Positions 1-12,432 of a stretch of 64,000 bases of DNA are shown here, piece after piece. The notes beneath the pieces are model-generated. The model made no database searches, was not told the DNA's origin, and saw nothing but the letters and a program-made list of their open reading frames with translations. Both the position numbers and the translations under genes were made by a program. The stretch is taken from positions 992,001 to 1,056,000 of the forward strand of contig NC_090599.1 of NCBI RefSeq assembly GCF_000497125.1, given 5' to 3'. The first letter of the stretch is position 1. Every line of letters starts with the position of its first letter. The DNA is from Spironucleus salmonicida (lineage: Eukaryota).

Positions 1-71
1 GGAACTTTGACGGGAAACCTCAAGATACTCACCAGCCAGCTGGCATCGGGCACTTTGCATGCGGGTCTGCC
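1..71 (+). repeat. Left arm of a ~71 bp inverted repeat (may extend beyond the window edge)
   Basis: 1-71 is the reverse complement of 1405-1475 with 2 mismatches. Confidence 0.9.
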
Positions 72-130
72 CACCGCTCCCCGTTTTTTCTGCGGCCCGA
101 GTAGAGCCCGGTCTACGCGGCCCGCTCCTC

Positions 131-270
131 ATGTTACGGGTTCTCGCGCACGCCGTGTTCGTCGCCGCCGCCCTGCTGCTCGCCGCGCCGGACGACCCGA
201 TGCTGGAGTTGCTGGACGGCGTCTGCGCGCAGGTGGACTGCGGTCTGGAGGCGGCCTTCTGCGGAGGCAT
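131..270 (+). pseudogene. Possible N-terminal fragment of a secreted/membrane protein
   Basis: ATG at 131 follows a C-rich tract. MLRVLAHAVFVAAALLLAAPDD looks like a signal peptide with GC3-rich codons, then runs into the antisense of the minus-strand gene. Confidence 0.3.
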
Positions 271-1334
271 AAGCGTTTCGGAGAAGGTGTTGTTCGCGAC
301 CAGCAGGGGGACTGCCGACAGGGACTCGATGATGACCATGTAGACGTTCGGCATCTCTCCCGGCTGCTCCCTGCCTTGGGGCGCCGGGCCTCGCACTGGT
401 TGAACTGGCAGTAGCTCGCCTCGTCCCCCACCACGAACGGGAACTGGACGCTGTCGCGGTTGTCGATGTAGAACAGGCCCGGCGGCAGCTCAACGCTCTG
501 GCGCTCGTCCCGGATCAACGCCTGCAGCCTCGCCTCCGGCAGGTGGTAGCGCGTCAGCGACTTGAGCATGTTCCAGTGCCCTGGCGCCGCCTCGGCCAGC
601 TGCCCGTAGGGGAAGGCGATGAAGGAGGCGAATAGTGCGACCGCGACGAGGGAGAGCAGGGCCCCAACAGGGCCGGCCGCCCGTCGGACTCTCCGCGTTG
701 CCGAGGATATCTTGGCGGTCTGCATGTCCATCTCGCTCCCGAGCCCGGCGCTGACGGCCTGCAGCACAAAGTTGTGCGGGGCAGCTGGCCGGACCAGAAA
801 CGAGGATACTACGTGCTTCCGTCCGATCAGCACCAGCAGGAGCGCCAGCCCGACCGAGCCGATGACGATCGACGACAGCAGCACCCAGTGGATGATGTCC
901 CTTCCGATGGCCAGCAGAAGCGTGGCGAGCGTGTTGGAGGAGGTCTTCTCGCCCGCGACTAGCAGCGTGCTGGGGAACAGGGTCGGCACGCCGAGGATGT
1001 AGCTCTTGAACAGCGAGAACCTGGCGATGCCCTGCATCTCGCGCCCCAGCTCGGTGTCGTAGATGCAGACCACCATGAAGAGCACCGCGAGGTAGAGCAC
1101 CACGCACGTCGGGACGGCTCTGGCGACCTTCGCCTTGGCGCCAAGCAACTGGAGCGCGGCGAGCACGGACGCCAGCAGGCACGCGTCCAGCACGTTCACG
1201 AGCACCGCGAGCAGGAAAAGCGCCCGCTGCGAGATCTGCTGGTTCTCGGCTGGCCCTAGCATGAAGCACTTCAGCCCTGCGATGAGGGAGGTGAAGACGG
1301 CATAGAGCACCAGCACAGACAGCGCCGCATGCAT
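270..1334 (-). pseudogene. Multi-TM sulfatase/LTA-synthase-like membrane protein, frameshifted and truncated
   Basis: ATG at 1334 (MHAALSVLVLY...) and about 5 hydrophobic helices. The alkaline-phosphatase-superfamily motif PNVYMVIIESL (~352-320) lies in a different frame, so there is a frameshift near 360-395. The rest of the catalytic domain is not recognisable. Confidence 0.55.
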
Positions 1335-1404
1335 ATTATGGAGCGTAGGGTGTAGACCCGGCGGCGGGCTAGAGCGGAGCGCTGGATGGTTGCCATGCAA
1401 ACCA

Positions 1405-1475
1405 GGCAGACCCGCATGCAAAGTGCCCGATGCCAGCTGGCTGGTGATTATCTTGAGGTTTCCCGTCCAAGTTCC
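1405..1475 (-). repeat. Right arm of the ~71 bp inverted repeat
   Basis: Reverse complement matches 1-71 at 69/71 positions. Confidence 0.9.
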
Positions 1476-2687
1476 GTTCCCTATGCCGCTGCGCCAAGCC
1501 GAGGGTCCCGCCGCGGTGCCTTTGGCCGGCATGCGAGTCGGAGGGAAGAATTACCTTCTCTGGCCGCGCCGGAGGTAGCAAAATTCCACCAACGGCAACT
1601 CTATTTGCCCATGCTGGTGTGCAGCTAGCCCATAGTTACGTGCTTCCGTGCTTTGGCCAGGCTAGGGGATTGCGCTGGGGTGGCTTCGGAATATGCGGCT
1701 GCTTGCTATGCTGGCACCCTGTTCGTATGCCCGGTCCCGCAAAGCGCTCGTGCGGTTATGGAGCTGGCAGCCGGGAGCTGGGTGAGGAGTCATGCCAGCG
1801 AGGGTGCTGGCTCAGGCTGTCCGTCCAAAAATGGCGCACACTTATTTATTGCCTCTCCTAAAAAATTATCCATATTAACTAATACCACCATGACAACTTC
1901 TAAACCTCATAATTTTTATAAAATCATATATTTGATACTAATCACTTAATATTTTTACTAGGTCCTACAAAATCTTTGTGTAAAGGAAGTACGTGTAGTA
2001 TTAGAGGAAGCTTCGGATCAGTTCATGTATATTCAGTTCATCAGATGGATTTAGTTATTTCGATAGAAAATGCCTATTCTCTTTTCTAGCTGTTTTAAAG
2101 ATATATATTAAATGAAAGTTACTGAATCAAATTGCAAATAAGATTGTAGTCTAGTTACAATCATCGCTGTAATTCATAGAAAGATCAAACATTAGCTATA
2201 TAATCCATGTGATTTCTCACGCCAGTATCGTTATGAAAGCTTTTTCTTTTTACTCTGCTAAATTACTTATGATGTGTAGGCATAGCAGTTGTAAGTTACC
2301 AAAGGGAATGATTTAATTGAGTTTCGACCATCCACGTGTTGCAAAGCACCGAGGCTGTCCTCGAACTTAATAAAACAGCAATATACCGGCCGTCTGGGCA
2401 CGCCGACGGCGTAAATTGGCAAATTGAAAACTATTCATAACCGCACCCTGACCAATGCAGGGCAGCGAGGCGCGTCTATGGTGCGAAAGGACTAGTCTGG
2501 CGTAAGCCTGCAGCGTGCTCCCCGGGAGGCTACTGTACGCCCAGGACGCATCGGCTGCAGCAGTTGCCGAGTGCAAGCACAGTCCCGCGCCCCGTGGTGT
2601 CTACTACACATTTCTCCTAGAGCCGCAAACCCTCCCGGTCCGCTCGCGGCGACATCCCGCACCGTGTGCAATGAGTAACCAAACCGC

Positions 2688-5600
2688 TCACTTGCTAAAC
2701 ATGTTGTGCTGGGTGTAGAACTTCTTGGGGCGGTGCGTGTAGTAGTAGATCAGGTAGCCCACGATCGCCACGATGGTCGCTCCGGCGGCGACGCAGCCCA
2801 CCACGTCCCAGGGGCCCAGCGCGGTGCTGGTCTGCTGGAGGATCTCGCACACGGAGGGGAACTCGTGGATGAGCTCGTAGCCCGCGTCGCAGTTCTGGCA
2901 CGAGCCTTGGACGTTCTGCACGTAGCTATCCAGGCAGCCGTTGCACTTCTTGTCGACCGTGCAGCCCAGGCAGTTCTGGCTAGTCCCGCATTTGCACTAT
3001 GCCTCCCCGTTGCAGGCCGAGCAGACCTCTGTAAGAACGTCACAATATTACCCGTCCTCGCACGCGTCCAGACTGCTGCATTTAACGACGCAAAGCCCGT
3101 CGGCGAACGTCGCGCCGGGGACGCAAATCGCGCATTTCGCGCCATCGCATTTCGCGCAGTTCAGCACCAGGCGGTCATTAGCGCATTTGCAGGACATCCC
3201 CAGGCTCAAATTCGTGCACTCCACGCACTGCCCAAAGACCTTGCAGCCGAGGTGCTCAGCGCACCACTTGGAGGTACCTAGGTCGTCGCAATTTCCGGTG
3301 TAGCCTGGGGGCGTGAAAACGCAGATTCCGCTCATGAGCGTGTGGTCGTTGAGGCACTGCTTGCACTGGTCGATTTCAGGCTCGCAGTTCGCGCAATTTG
3401 CTGCAATCTGGCCATCTGGCGTCTTCAGGCAGTTGCAGGAGTGCTGCATGCTGCTGATGACGAGCGGGTTCGTGGAGCAGTCCTGGGGCGAGTTGGGCGC
3501 TGCGCAGTACTTGTCCCGGTCTGCGGGAATGGTGCAGATGGGGATCTTGCAGTTGCCGTTCGCGTCCTGCAACCAGCCGTTTATGCAGTTTAGGCACGCG
3601 CCCTGTTGGCCGCAGTTCTGGCAGTTCACGGCCTCGCCGCAGGAGCAGGCGATCTGCTGGTCTAAGCAGGTTTCGCAGGTCAGGTTGTTGCAGTACTGGC
3701 CGATGGGGCAGGGCAGAATCGCGTTGCAGTTGGGTGGAATTACGCACATTCCGTTGATGAGGGCGAAGCCGCTGATGCACGTTTGGCATTAAGTGTTTAG
3801 GGGAGTGCAGGACTGGCAGTGTGCGGCATCTCCGCAGTTGCAGAGCTCCTGGTTGTCCAGCGAGCAGGGGCGGCACGTTGTGAGCGTGGAGCCGCCGTCC
3901 GGACAGAAGAATCCGGGCAGGCAGCTTTTCCCGTCGTCGCCGCACTTGTTGGGGACGCAGATGCCGTTAATGGCCTCGTAGCCCCGGACGCATGCCTGAC
4001 AGTAGATTCCAGCGCAGAACTGGCAGTTCTCGATCAGCTGGGAATCGCACTTGCAGCTTTTCGCCTCCGGTAGGAATACGCAGGATAGGCACGTGTCGCT
4101 CTTGTTTCCGTCACAAAAGTAGTTGTTGAAGCACTCTGCGGACGACTAGGCAGCGTCGCAGATGTTGCTTCCGGTCTCCGGAATTACGCAGGAGAGCGTG
4201 CTGGGGTCCAGCACGAGGCCAGACAGGCAGTCCTGGCATGTATTTGGGGTGAGGCCGCAGGTGGCGCAGTTGGATGCGCCGCCGCACTTGCAGGGCTGGG
4301 TCTGGTTTTTGGCGCAGATCGTGCAGGGGTCGTTCTCCTTGCTGTCTTTCTTGCAGTAGAAGCCGCTCGCGCACTGGGTGTTGGAGAGCTGCTTATCACA
4401 TACGTTGACTTGGCACACGCCCTTGATGGGGTGGTAGCCGGTGAGGCACTTCTTGCAGAGAGAACCGTCGCACTTGACGCAGTTCTGCAGCAGGTTGCCA
4501 CCGCAGTTGCAGGAAAGGTCCGTGGTGATGTTCGCGCAGGTTTTACACTTGTCTAGGAAAGAGCCGCTGCAGAAATTCTCCTGAGTACAGAGCGAAGATG
4601 ACCCGCTCTAATCGCATATGTTGGGGATCTGCGTGCATTTTCCCGCAGTAGCCTGCTCAAAGCCCCGCAGGCATGTCGCGCACTTGGCAAAATTGTCATC
4701 ACAAGTAGCGCAGTTGTCCTCGACCCCGCAGTTGCAGGCCACAACCGACTGCTCAAAACACAGCAGGCAGTTCGTGGTCTGTCCCGCGGGAGTCACCGGA
4801 CAGTAGTTGTTCAGCGCGCACTACGTCGATTTCTGCCCGCCAAGACACGTATTTGGTGTACAAATGTTATTTAGCGGATACAAACCAGTCCTGCAAGCGC
4901 TGCAATTTGAATCGGTGCACCGAGTACAGTTTTAAATCTAATTTTGACCACATTTGCACGCACTATTGTAAGTTATCGCCGAGCAGGAAACGCACGAAAC
5001 GCCGAACGCGCCGTTGCAGTAATAGCCAGTATTACAGAGCGCCGAGTCGAAGCTCTCGCCGCAGCTGTTAGTATCCCTCACGCACTTGCCGTCCTTGATG
5101 TGGTACCCGACGAAGCAGGAGCCGCAGGTGTTAATAGCATCCCCGCAGGTCTTGCAGCCGAGGATGGTCCCGCAGTTGCACTGCTGGGTCTCGTCGCACG
5201 CGATGCAGACCTGGTTCGGGGAGGAGCCGTCCTTGCAGAGGTGGTTGAAGGCGCAGTTCAGCGTGTTCTGGATCTGCCCGCAGGTGTTCAGCTGGCACCG
5301 GCCGAACTGCACCGCGTACTTATCCAGGCACTCCGAGCAGCCATTGGAACCGCACTTGACGCAGTTCTTGACCTCGCCGTTCGCGCACTTGCAGGACTGG
5401 TTGAGCTGGAGCTTAGCGCAGAGCTCGCACGTGTCCCCGAAGTCCCCGTTGCAGTAGGAGCCGTCATCGCACAGGATGCTCTGCCGGAACTGGTTGCAGA
5501 TGTTGTTCTCCAGCACGCAGTTCCCGTCGTCCAGCACGAAGCCCTTCAGGCAGGCCCCGCACTGCTTCCCGCTGCCGTCGCAGATCGAGCAGTCGGCCTT

Positions 5601-5957
5601 TTTCCCGCACTTGCAGGGCGTGGTCTGGTTTCGTGTGCAGGCCTGGCAGTCGGACCTGTCGATCGCGTTTGCCGGGCAGACCTGACCGTTCGCGCACTGG
5701 CTCACGTAGGTCGAGCAGAAGTTGGGGAGGCAGGCGTCCGCGTTTGGGGATAGTAGGTAGAAATCGATGCACGTTCTGCAGACGTCGCCATTGCAGTTTT
5801 CGCAATTTCCGAAATGGAGCCGTCTGTTGCATTTGCAGCTGAATCCCTCCCTTAGATACCTGCACGGGGTGCATGTGGCGTACGGGTTTGGCGACATGCA
5901 GGAGTAGTTGTTTCTGCAGCCGTTATTGGACAGATTTAGGTCGCACTATCCTGCCAT
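2688..5957 (-). CDS. Cysteine-rich membrane protein (CRMP, VSP-like), 1089 aa
   Basis: ORF pieces 2688, 3048, 4146, 4608 and 4938 share one frame joined by TAA/TAG=Gln. Dense CxC/CxxC motifs, C-terminal TM, tail HRPKKFYTQHNMFSK, stop within AGTGA. Confidence 0.92.
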
Positions 5958-6356
5958 TTTTTGTAAAATTGATAAATTAGCGATTATAGTAAATGGAGAC
6001 GATTTTTAGAGGTTTATTTAGCGATTTGTAGTGTAACTGAAAATTGCGATAAATTCAATTTAATACTTAATATTTTTTACACGTAGAACATGAATTTTCT
6101 TATATACTTTAATTATTTTTAGTAAAACCATGTTATAACGTGATAATAGATGCTATCTTTTTCGAACAAATATAAAAATTCATTATTTACTATTTATACT
6201 AACTTTATTTACTATTTGTACTCAATAGTAAATTTATATAAACGCATATATAACCAATTATATATCGATTTCCACTCCTTTTATACGGACTTTTACTTTA
6301 CTCAACTTAATGTTATATATTATTATACCCTTTTAATTCTTTTATAACCGACAGTT

Positions 6357-9300
6357 ATGACAGCGCCACCAAACTATTTCGGTAACTGCGCTAAGAACCT
6401 GAGCTTCGAACTCAACTCAAACGACTGCGCCCACAACTCGTTTTGCCCGATCCCGAACTTCAAGGACGACGTGATGTGCCGCCCCTGCGGCCTCGATATG
6501 CTCCCTGGCAAGAGCTGCAACTGCAGCGACAACCTGCGCTAAAACTGCGCCCAGTGCAACGGAATCCACTGCTAAAGCTGTATTAGAGGCTATTAGCTCA
6601 TTTAAAGCTCCTGCGAGCCCACCAAAGCGCCCTGCGAGGGCCGCTCCGAGAACTGCCCCCACGAGCATTTTTGCGACGGAGACGCCTGCAAGAAGTGCGC
6701 CCAAAACGGCCTCTACGCGACCTGCAACTGCGCCGGGCAGCAGGTCCAGGGCTGCGCAGCCTGCGAGGGCGATTTTTGCTCTAAGTGCCTCGGGAGCCTC
6801 ATTTTGGCGAACGGAAAGTGCCTGGAAACGGTCCCGGAACGGAAATGCAGCAATTCGATCGACTGCCCGGTCGGTTTTTCCTGTGAAAATTACAAGTGCC
6901 GCAGCTGCAGCATGTCGGAAAGCAAGACTGCGGTGTGCAATTGCGAGAATATGGAGCAAATTAAGGGGTGCTCCGTTTGCGACGTTGGCGGCTCCGGCTG
7001 CAGGCAGTGCGTCTCAAATTGGCTCTACGGCATCGTTTTCGGCACGAATTATCGAGAGTGCCAGGACCCTAAAACGTGCTTCGACAGAAACGGCACTGGG
7101 CCGACTAGCAGCTTCTGCTAGAAATAGTTTTACTGCGACGAGAGCGTTCCGATGTGCAGACCTTGCGAAACGATGTTTCTTGACGAGGGGTGTTTTTGCA
7201 ATCCTCATCGAAAACTGTACAATTGCATCAAATGCAGGGGTGCTTCATGTTAAGAATGCGGCTATGGGTACTTTTTGTCTTCAATTAGCACTGGAACAAA
7301 TTGCATTCCAAATTATTGTACAAACGATGCAATTTTGTGTTTGGACGGATATGCCTGTCCAAAATGGACCTAAGGAATGGCTGCATGTGAAGAGTGCGTA
7401 GTGGGCCAAACTGTACCATGTTAATGTTTTTATTTACAAAATTGTGAAACTTGTGATAAAGTTAATTAGCATTGTAAAGCTTGCTTACCAGGATTTGAAT
7501 TTAACTCAGAAACTCGTTGTGTTGCTAAATAAAATGTGTGTAGCCCTAATAAAGAGTCATTTACATGCAATAGTGGTAATATGTGTGCTGGAAATTCAGG
7601 AGATAATTGTTTACCATGTTCTGGGCTTATAGAAGGTTAGTTCTGTAATTGTAATATGACTCTTTAACAAAATTGTAAGGTGTGTGAAGGTACTGTTTGT
7701 AAAACATGTGTTGATAAATATTTACCTATTGGAGGAATTTGTGTTCCAAATATGTGCGGCGAGCCTTAAAATACATATAATTGTATTAATGGGTACTATT
7801 GTCCTAATACTGCTACATCAGGTGACTCTGTTTGTCAGGAATGTAATGATTAATAATAGGAATGTAAATGTGGTCTTGTTCCTAGTTGTTAAACATGTGG
7901 AAATGTATTAAATACTTGTGGAAAATGTTTCTCTGGTTATGACCTATTAGAGAGCACTTCTTTATGTGTTTTATAAGGTGATATATGTGATTTTGCTGAC
8001 GGATCGACTCTTTGCATCACTGGAAATTATTGCTAAGGAAAATTTGGGGATAAATGTTTATCTTGTACTTTGATCGTTAATGGAAAGTCCTGTAAATGTG
8101 GAAGTGTTTTGCTATAGAATTGTAAAGAATGTAATAGCGATGGTGTTGGATGCAAGTCTTGTTTAGATGGATATTATCCTTATAATAATATTTGTGTTAC
8201 AAATTCTTGCATTTCCGGAGGCCCTTCTAGTACTTGTGCAATTGGAAATTACTGTCCTGATGGCGATGGAAATAAATCTAATTGCTTGACTTGCACTAAT
8301 GTCTCACCAAATGCCTGCTAATGTGGAGCAAACTTTTGTTAAATTTGTGGCAGTACTAATAACACTTGTGGATCCTGCCTTTCTGGTTATGAATTAGATA
8401 GTTACAGTTAATGTATTATAAAATCAAATATTTGTGATGTCAATGATAGATCAACATTATGTAACGACGATTTCTTTTGCAATAGCACATTTGGCAAACT
8501 TTGTGTCACATGTAGATAAATTTAAATTAACGAATCATGCCATTGTAACGGATATAATATTCAAAATTGTAATAACTGTAATAACAAGAAATGCATTAAT
8601 TGCTTGACTGGTTTTGAATTAGTTCAAGGAGAATGCATCGAAAATAATTGTGGGGATGATCTAACACCTCTTAGATGCCTACCTGCACATCACTGCCCTC
8701 CAAACTCAAAAGTTAATGATAAATGTGAACCTTGCGCTGTTAATATTAATGCCGAATGTAATTGTGGAATAGCCAAAAATTGTAAAACATGCGGAGTTTT
8801 ATAAGGAACATGTTAAACGTGCTTAAATGGTTATTTTTTCAGCTAATCTACATTGTAGTGTATAAAAATAGATGATAATACGTAAAATATATGTGATAAG
8901 AACAATTAATCTTTGAGATGTAATAATTCTTTCTTTTGTAATGGGTATTTCGGTGATGTTTGCGTTCCATGCAATTTACTTACCAGTGGGAAACAATGCA
9001 ACTGTAACGGAAAATTAAGAGAGAATTGTCTTTTCTGCTAAGAATAATAATGCAAACTATGCATTACTGGCCTTCTTTTAATTGATGGTGCGTGCTAGCT
9101 TAATAAATGTGGTCCTACAGCAGCATGTTTCAATGGATTTTTCTGTCCATCAAAACTTGAAGAATCTGAGTGTTAACTCTGTACTACTCTTACTGAAGTC
9201 GAATGTAACTGCAGAGATGCCAAAAATTGTTAGACATGTTCAATTTACTAAGACAGCTGTTAAACTTGTTTGAATGGTTTCCTTCTAGTTAATGGTTTTT

Positions 9301-10307
9301 GTTAACCAAAACTTCCATGTATTTAAACGAACGACTGTCCATTAAACTAATATTGTGTAATAGAAAAAACAGAATGCGATATTTGCGGTACATAAAGTAC
9401 CCAATGTAATTGTGGTATTTCGATAAATTGCTTATCATGTAGCACTTCAGGCACATGTTCTAGCTGCCTACCTGGTTATGGCCCTGATGCTTATAACTCT
9501 TGTTCAGTACCAATTTGTAGCATTGAAGTTCCTTTAGGAAGTTATTGCAGTGGTCCAAATGAAGTTAAAGTATGTCCTGCAATTAAAAATTAATGCAATT
9601 GCGGCAACGCTTAAAATTGTTCCACATGCACACCAGATTTTAACGCTTGTGCAACTTGTATGGGAGGCTCTATTATGATTAACGCATAATGTCTTGTTAG
9701 CCCGCCTGGATTTACTGGCATCTGTGAAAGCACACCAGATTCATCCTTCTGTATTCCTGGACATTCTTGTATTTTAGTTCCCTCTTGCTCTCCCTGTAAA
9801 TACGTTTCCCCTGGCTATTTTTGTAATTGTGAAGGTAATTTGTACGATACGTGCACTAGCTGCAATCGCGATAAATGTGGTAGCTGTTTTATAGGTTACG
9901 TTCTTCTGAACCAAGCTTGTGAAATAAAATGTGAATCTGATAATGACTGCAAAATTGGTGAAATGTGCGCAACTACACAGACTTGTATGCCTTGTGACGG
10001 CGCTCAAACCTGCAATTGCAGTGGCATGAATAACTGTGTTAACTGCAATCACCAATAATGTATTACCTGTGCAGCTACTTGGCAGTTAGGCCTTCTAAAC
10101 TAATGTGACATGTGCCAATCCGGCTTTGAACTCATTGAAATGCAGTGCCTTCCGGTTTAGAAAGAACCTAATCAGGTCCTTATCGTTACCAATATCGTTG
10201 GAATGATTGTAGCCTGCATAACAGCGGTGGGATTCATCACTGGAGTGGTCGTATTTTACGCAAAGCGTCCTAAGAAATACACCTTCTAGCACGCCATAAC
10301 TCAATGA
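6357..10307 (+). CDS. Cysteine-rich membrane protein (CRMP, VSP-like), ~1316 aa
   Basis: ORF pieces 6357, 6804, 8604 and 9840 are in frame. CxC/CxxC modules, C-terminal TM, tail KRPKKYTFQHAITQ-TGA. Start codon uncertain. Confidence 0.9.
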
Positions 10308-10400
10308 AAATTTATTTTTTACTATTCTAATCCAAAATTTACTAGGTTTTGCATGATGTGAAAGTCAATCATTCCCTACTTTATACATAATCAAAAGCGC

Positions 10401-11135
10401 TCACAAAACATAAATTTAGGCATCTGGGCACAGCGCGCATATCTCAGCCACGGCCTCGCCCTCCTCTTTGTGCTCGAAAATGCATCTATTTTTCTTGTCC
10501 AGGAAGCTCCAGTCTATAACTATCTTCTCCACCTTCTCATGCTCGATACAGCTCTTTTTTAGCAGCTCCGCCATTCTCCGAACGGTGCAGATCGCAACCT
10601 GGCAGTCTTTATATCCACCATATGCCATCATTCGCACGTGCTGCTCCAGCTTGTAGTGCACACCGAAAACGCTGCAAACGGCCAGATTCTCCGTGCTGTG
10701 CTCCAGATCCTGCACGCGCGTCACGCTTCCACAGAGCACCAAGACCTTGAACTGCTGCTTCTGAGGAGCAATCTCGTTATTAGCTTGTTTAGATAATTTT
10801 GCTTTCTTGATAATTCGCTGCTACTTGATTTTGTTGTTCATAGACGAAATTTGACACGTTCGAGCTATAAAACGGTGGAAAATCGACATGGATTCTGGGG
10901 TGGAAACAATGGGTTTGGGGGCGATGAAGTTTGGCGTCTGCTTAGTGATAAAAGTGACCGGTCTAAGCTGATTCATCGCCAGTTGAAGATGAGTAGAAAA
11001 ATTGAAATCTTCCGGAATTGGGGACGGTAAGCGCTTTCCCTGAGTTGTTAAGTTTGATATAAGCTTTTCTGTTTTATCGTGGCGTTCCTGTCTGCGCTGT
11101 TACTATTTCATCGATACTGGGGTTACTTCTGACAT
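10401..11135 (-). CDS. CMS1: CMS1/CMSS1-like 90S pre-ribosome factor (helicase-like fold)
   Basis: VCSVFGVHYKLEQHV, AICTVRRM and IVIDWSFLDKKNR parallel the CMS1 family motifs KLFAKHxKL, GTPGR and DW..D.K.R. CCACTT motif upstream of the ATG. Confidence 0.75.
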
Positions 11136-11298
11136 TTTTGTGAAGTGGTGTGCGAAAAGAAGAGTTAATATTATATAAATAGAGAGGAAATATTCAGTAA
11201 AAGTTATTAAAATGTATAATTATATATAATATTACAATTTGAATATCATACATCTATTATAATATATAATATTATAAAAGTTATGTTGACTGTTTAAA

Positions 11299-12099
11299 AT
11301 GCCTCCTTACCCATCGCTGCATGACGTTGCAACATCACCAATTTTATCTTCCTAAATTCTGTATAATTTAAGAATGACATCTTTTATAGCGCATATAATG
11401 GTTATAGTGTTAGGTATTTACACTAGATTTCCAGTTTTCTTTGTTTAATTTACAAATTGGACTAATATGATGTCAACAGTTTATGCAACTTTTGCACTTC
11501 TATCTAGCTATTATTTTGCCAGACCTAAATTCTACAATGATGCTTCTTTGACCAAAGTTTTTGTACGCTCTCGGCCCTCCAAACTTGCGCATGCGACATA
11601 AATTCTTCTACAGTTAACCCTTCCGTTACATGGTATTGTTACTAGTGTTTTTTGGCCTTTAGTATTTCCAGAAGCAGATACTTCCCATGGAGGCTTCGAT
11701 TATACATACTTTTTGCTTTCCCATGGAACTACACTGTTTTTGCTTATATTGGAAACTTTATTTAATAAAGTGTAATTTGATAGAAAAATACTCAAATTTC
11801 ATGCGATTTATATATTTGTTTATGCCTTACTTGCTCTTTTTCTTTTGTATAGATATAACTTCGCTGTTTATTCATTTGTGGATTTTCGAACATCCAAATT
11901 AAATCGTATAATCTTAGCTTTCATACCACTATTAGTTATAATTTTTAATGAATTTGCTATTCTTCTTGCTCTTTTAAGAAATAAAGCCGTTAAAAGTGCA
12001 CTAGACATTGATATTCCTAAGATTCAAAAAAGATACAAACGATTTATTAGAGAAAGGAAAAGTTTTGCAAATGAAAGTGACGGTAGTAGTTTTGAGTGA
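11299..12099 (+). CDS. Multi-pass membrane protein (rolling stone/FAR-17a-like), 266 aa
   Basis: About 6 hydrophobic segments with FTNWT, VFWP and HG motifs. Stop within AGTGA. Confidence 0.7.
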
Positions 12100-12432
12100 A
12101 TGCTTTATGCAAGAACACAGTATTTTATATGATTAATGTGTTTATTTTATGTCTTATATTAACAATTACGTACAGACAATACTTATTTTCATGAAATTTT
12201 TTGAGTATTATTCATACAGACTATATAATGTTATTAAAAATAATGTTTTAACCAACGTATTTATACAGGAAATAACTCTTAAAATCAGCTTGCTAATTAA
12301 ACAATTAAATTAATAGTATTTTTAGAACATGGTTTATATTTAATATTAATATATTTACAATAAATAATAAGATACAAATTCTATATAATACTTATTACTA
12401 CGTAAATTTTTGTCCACTTCATAAAATTTGAA

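Noticed and set aside
129-1532. 467-aa ORF as one intact protein
   Set aside because: Its N-terminus translates the inverted repeat and its C-terminus is off-frame. The sulfatase motif lies in another frame.
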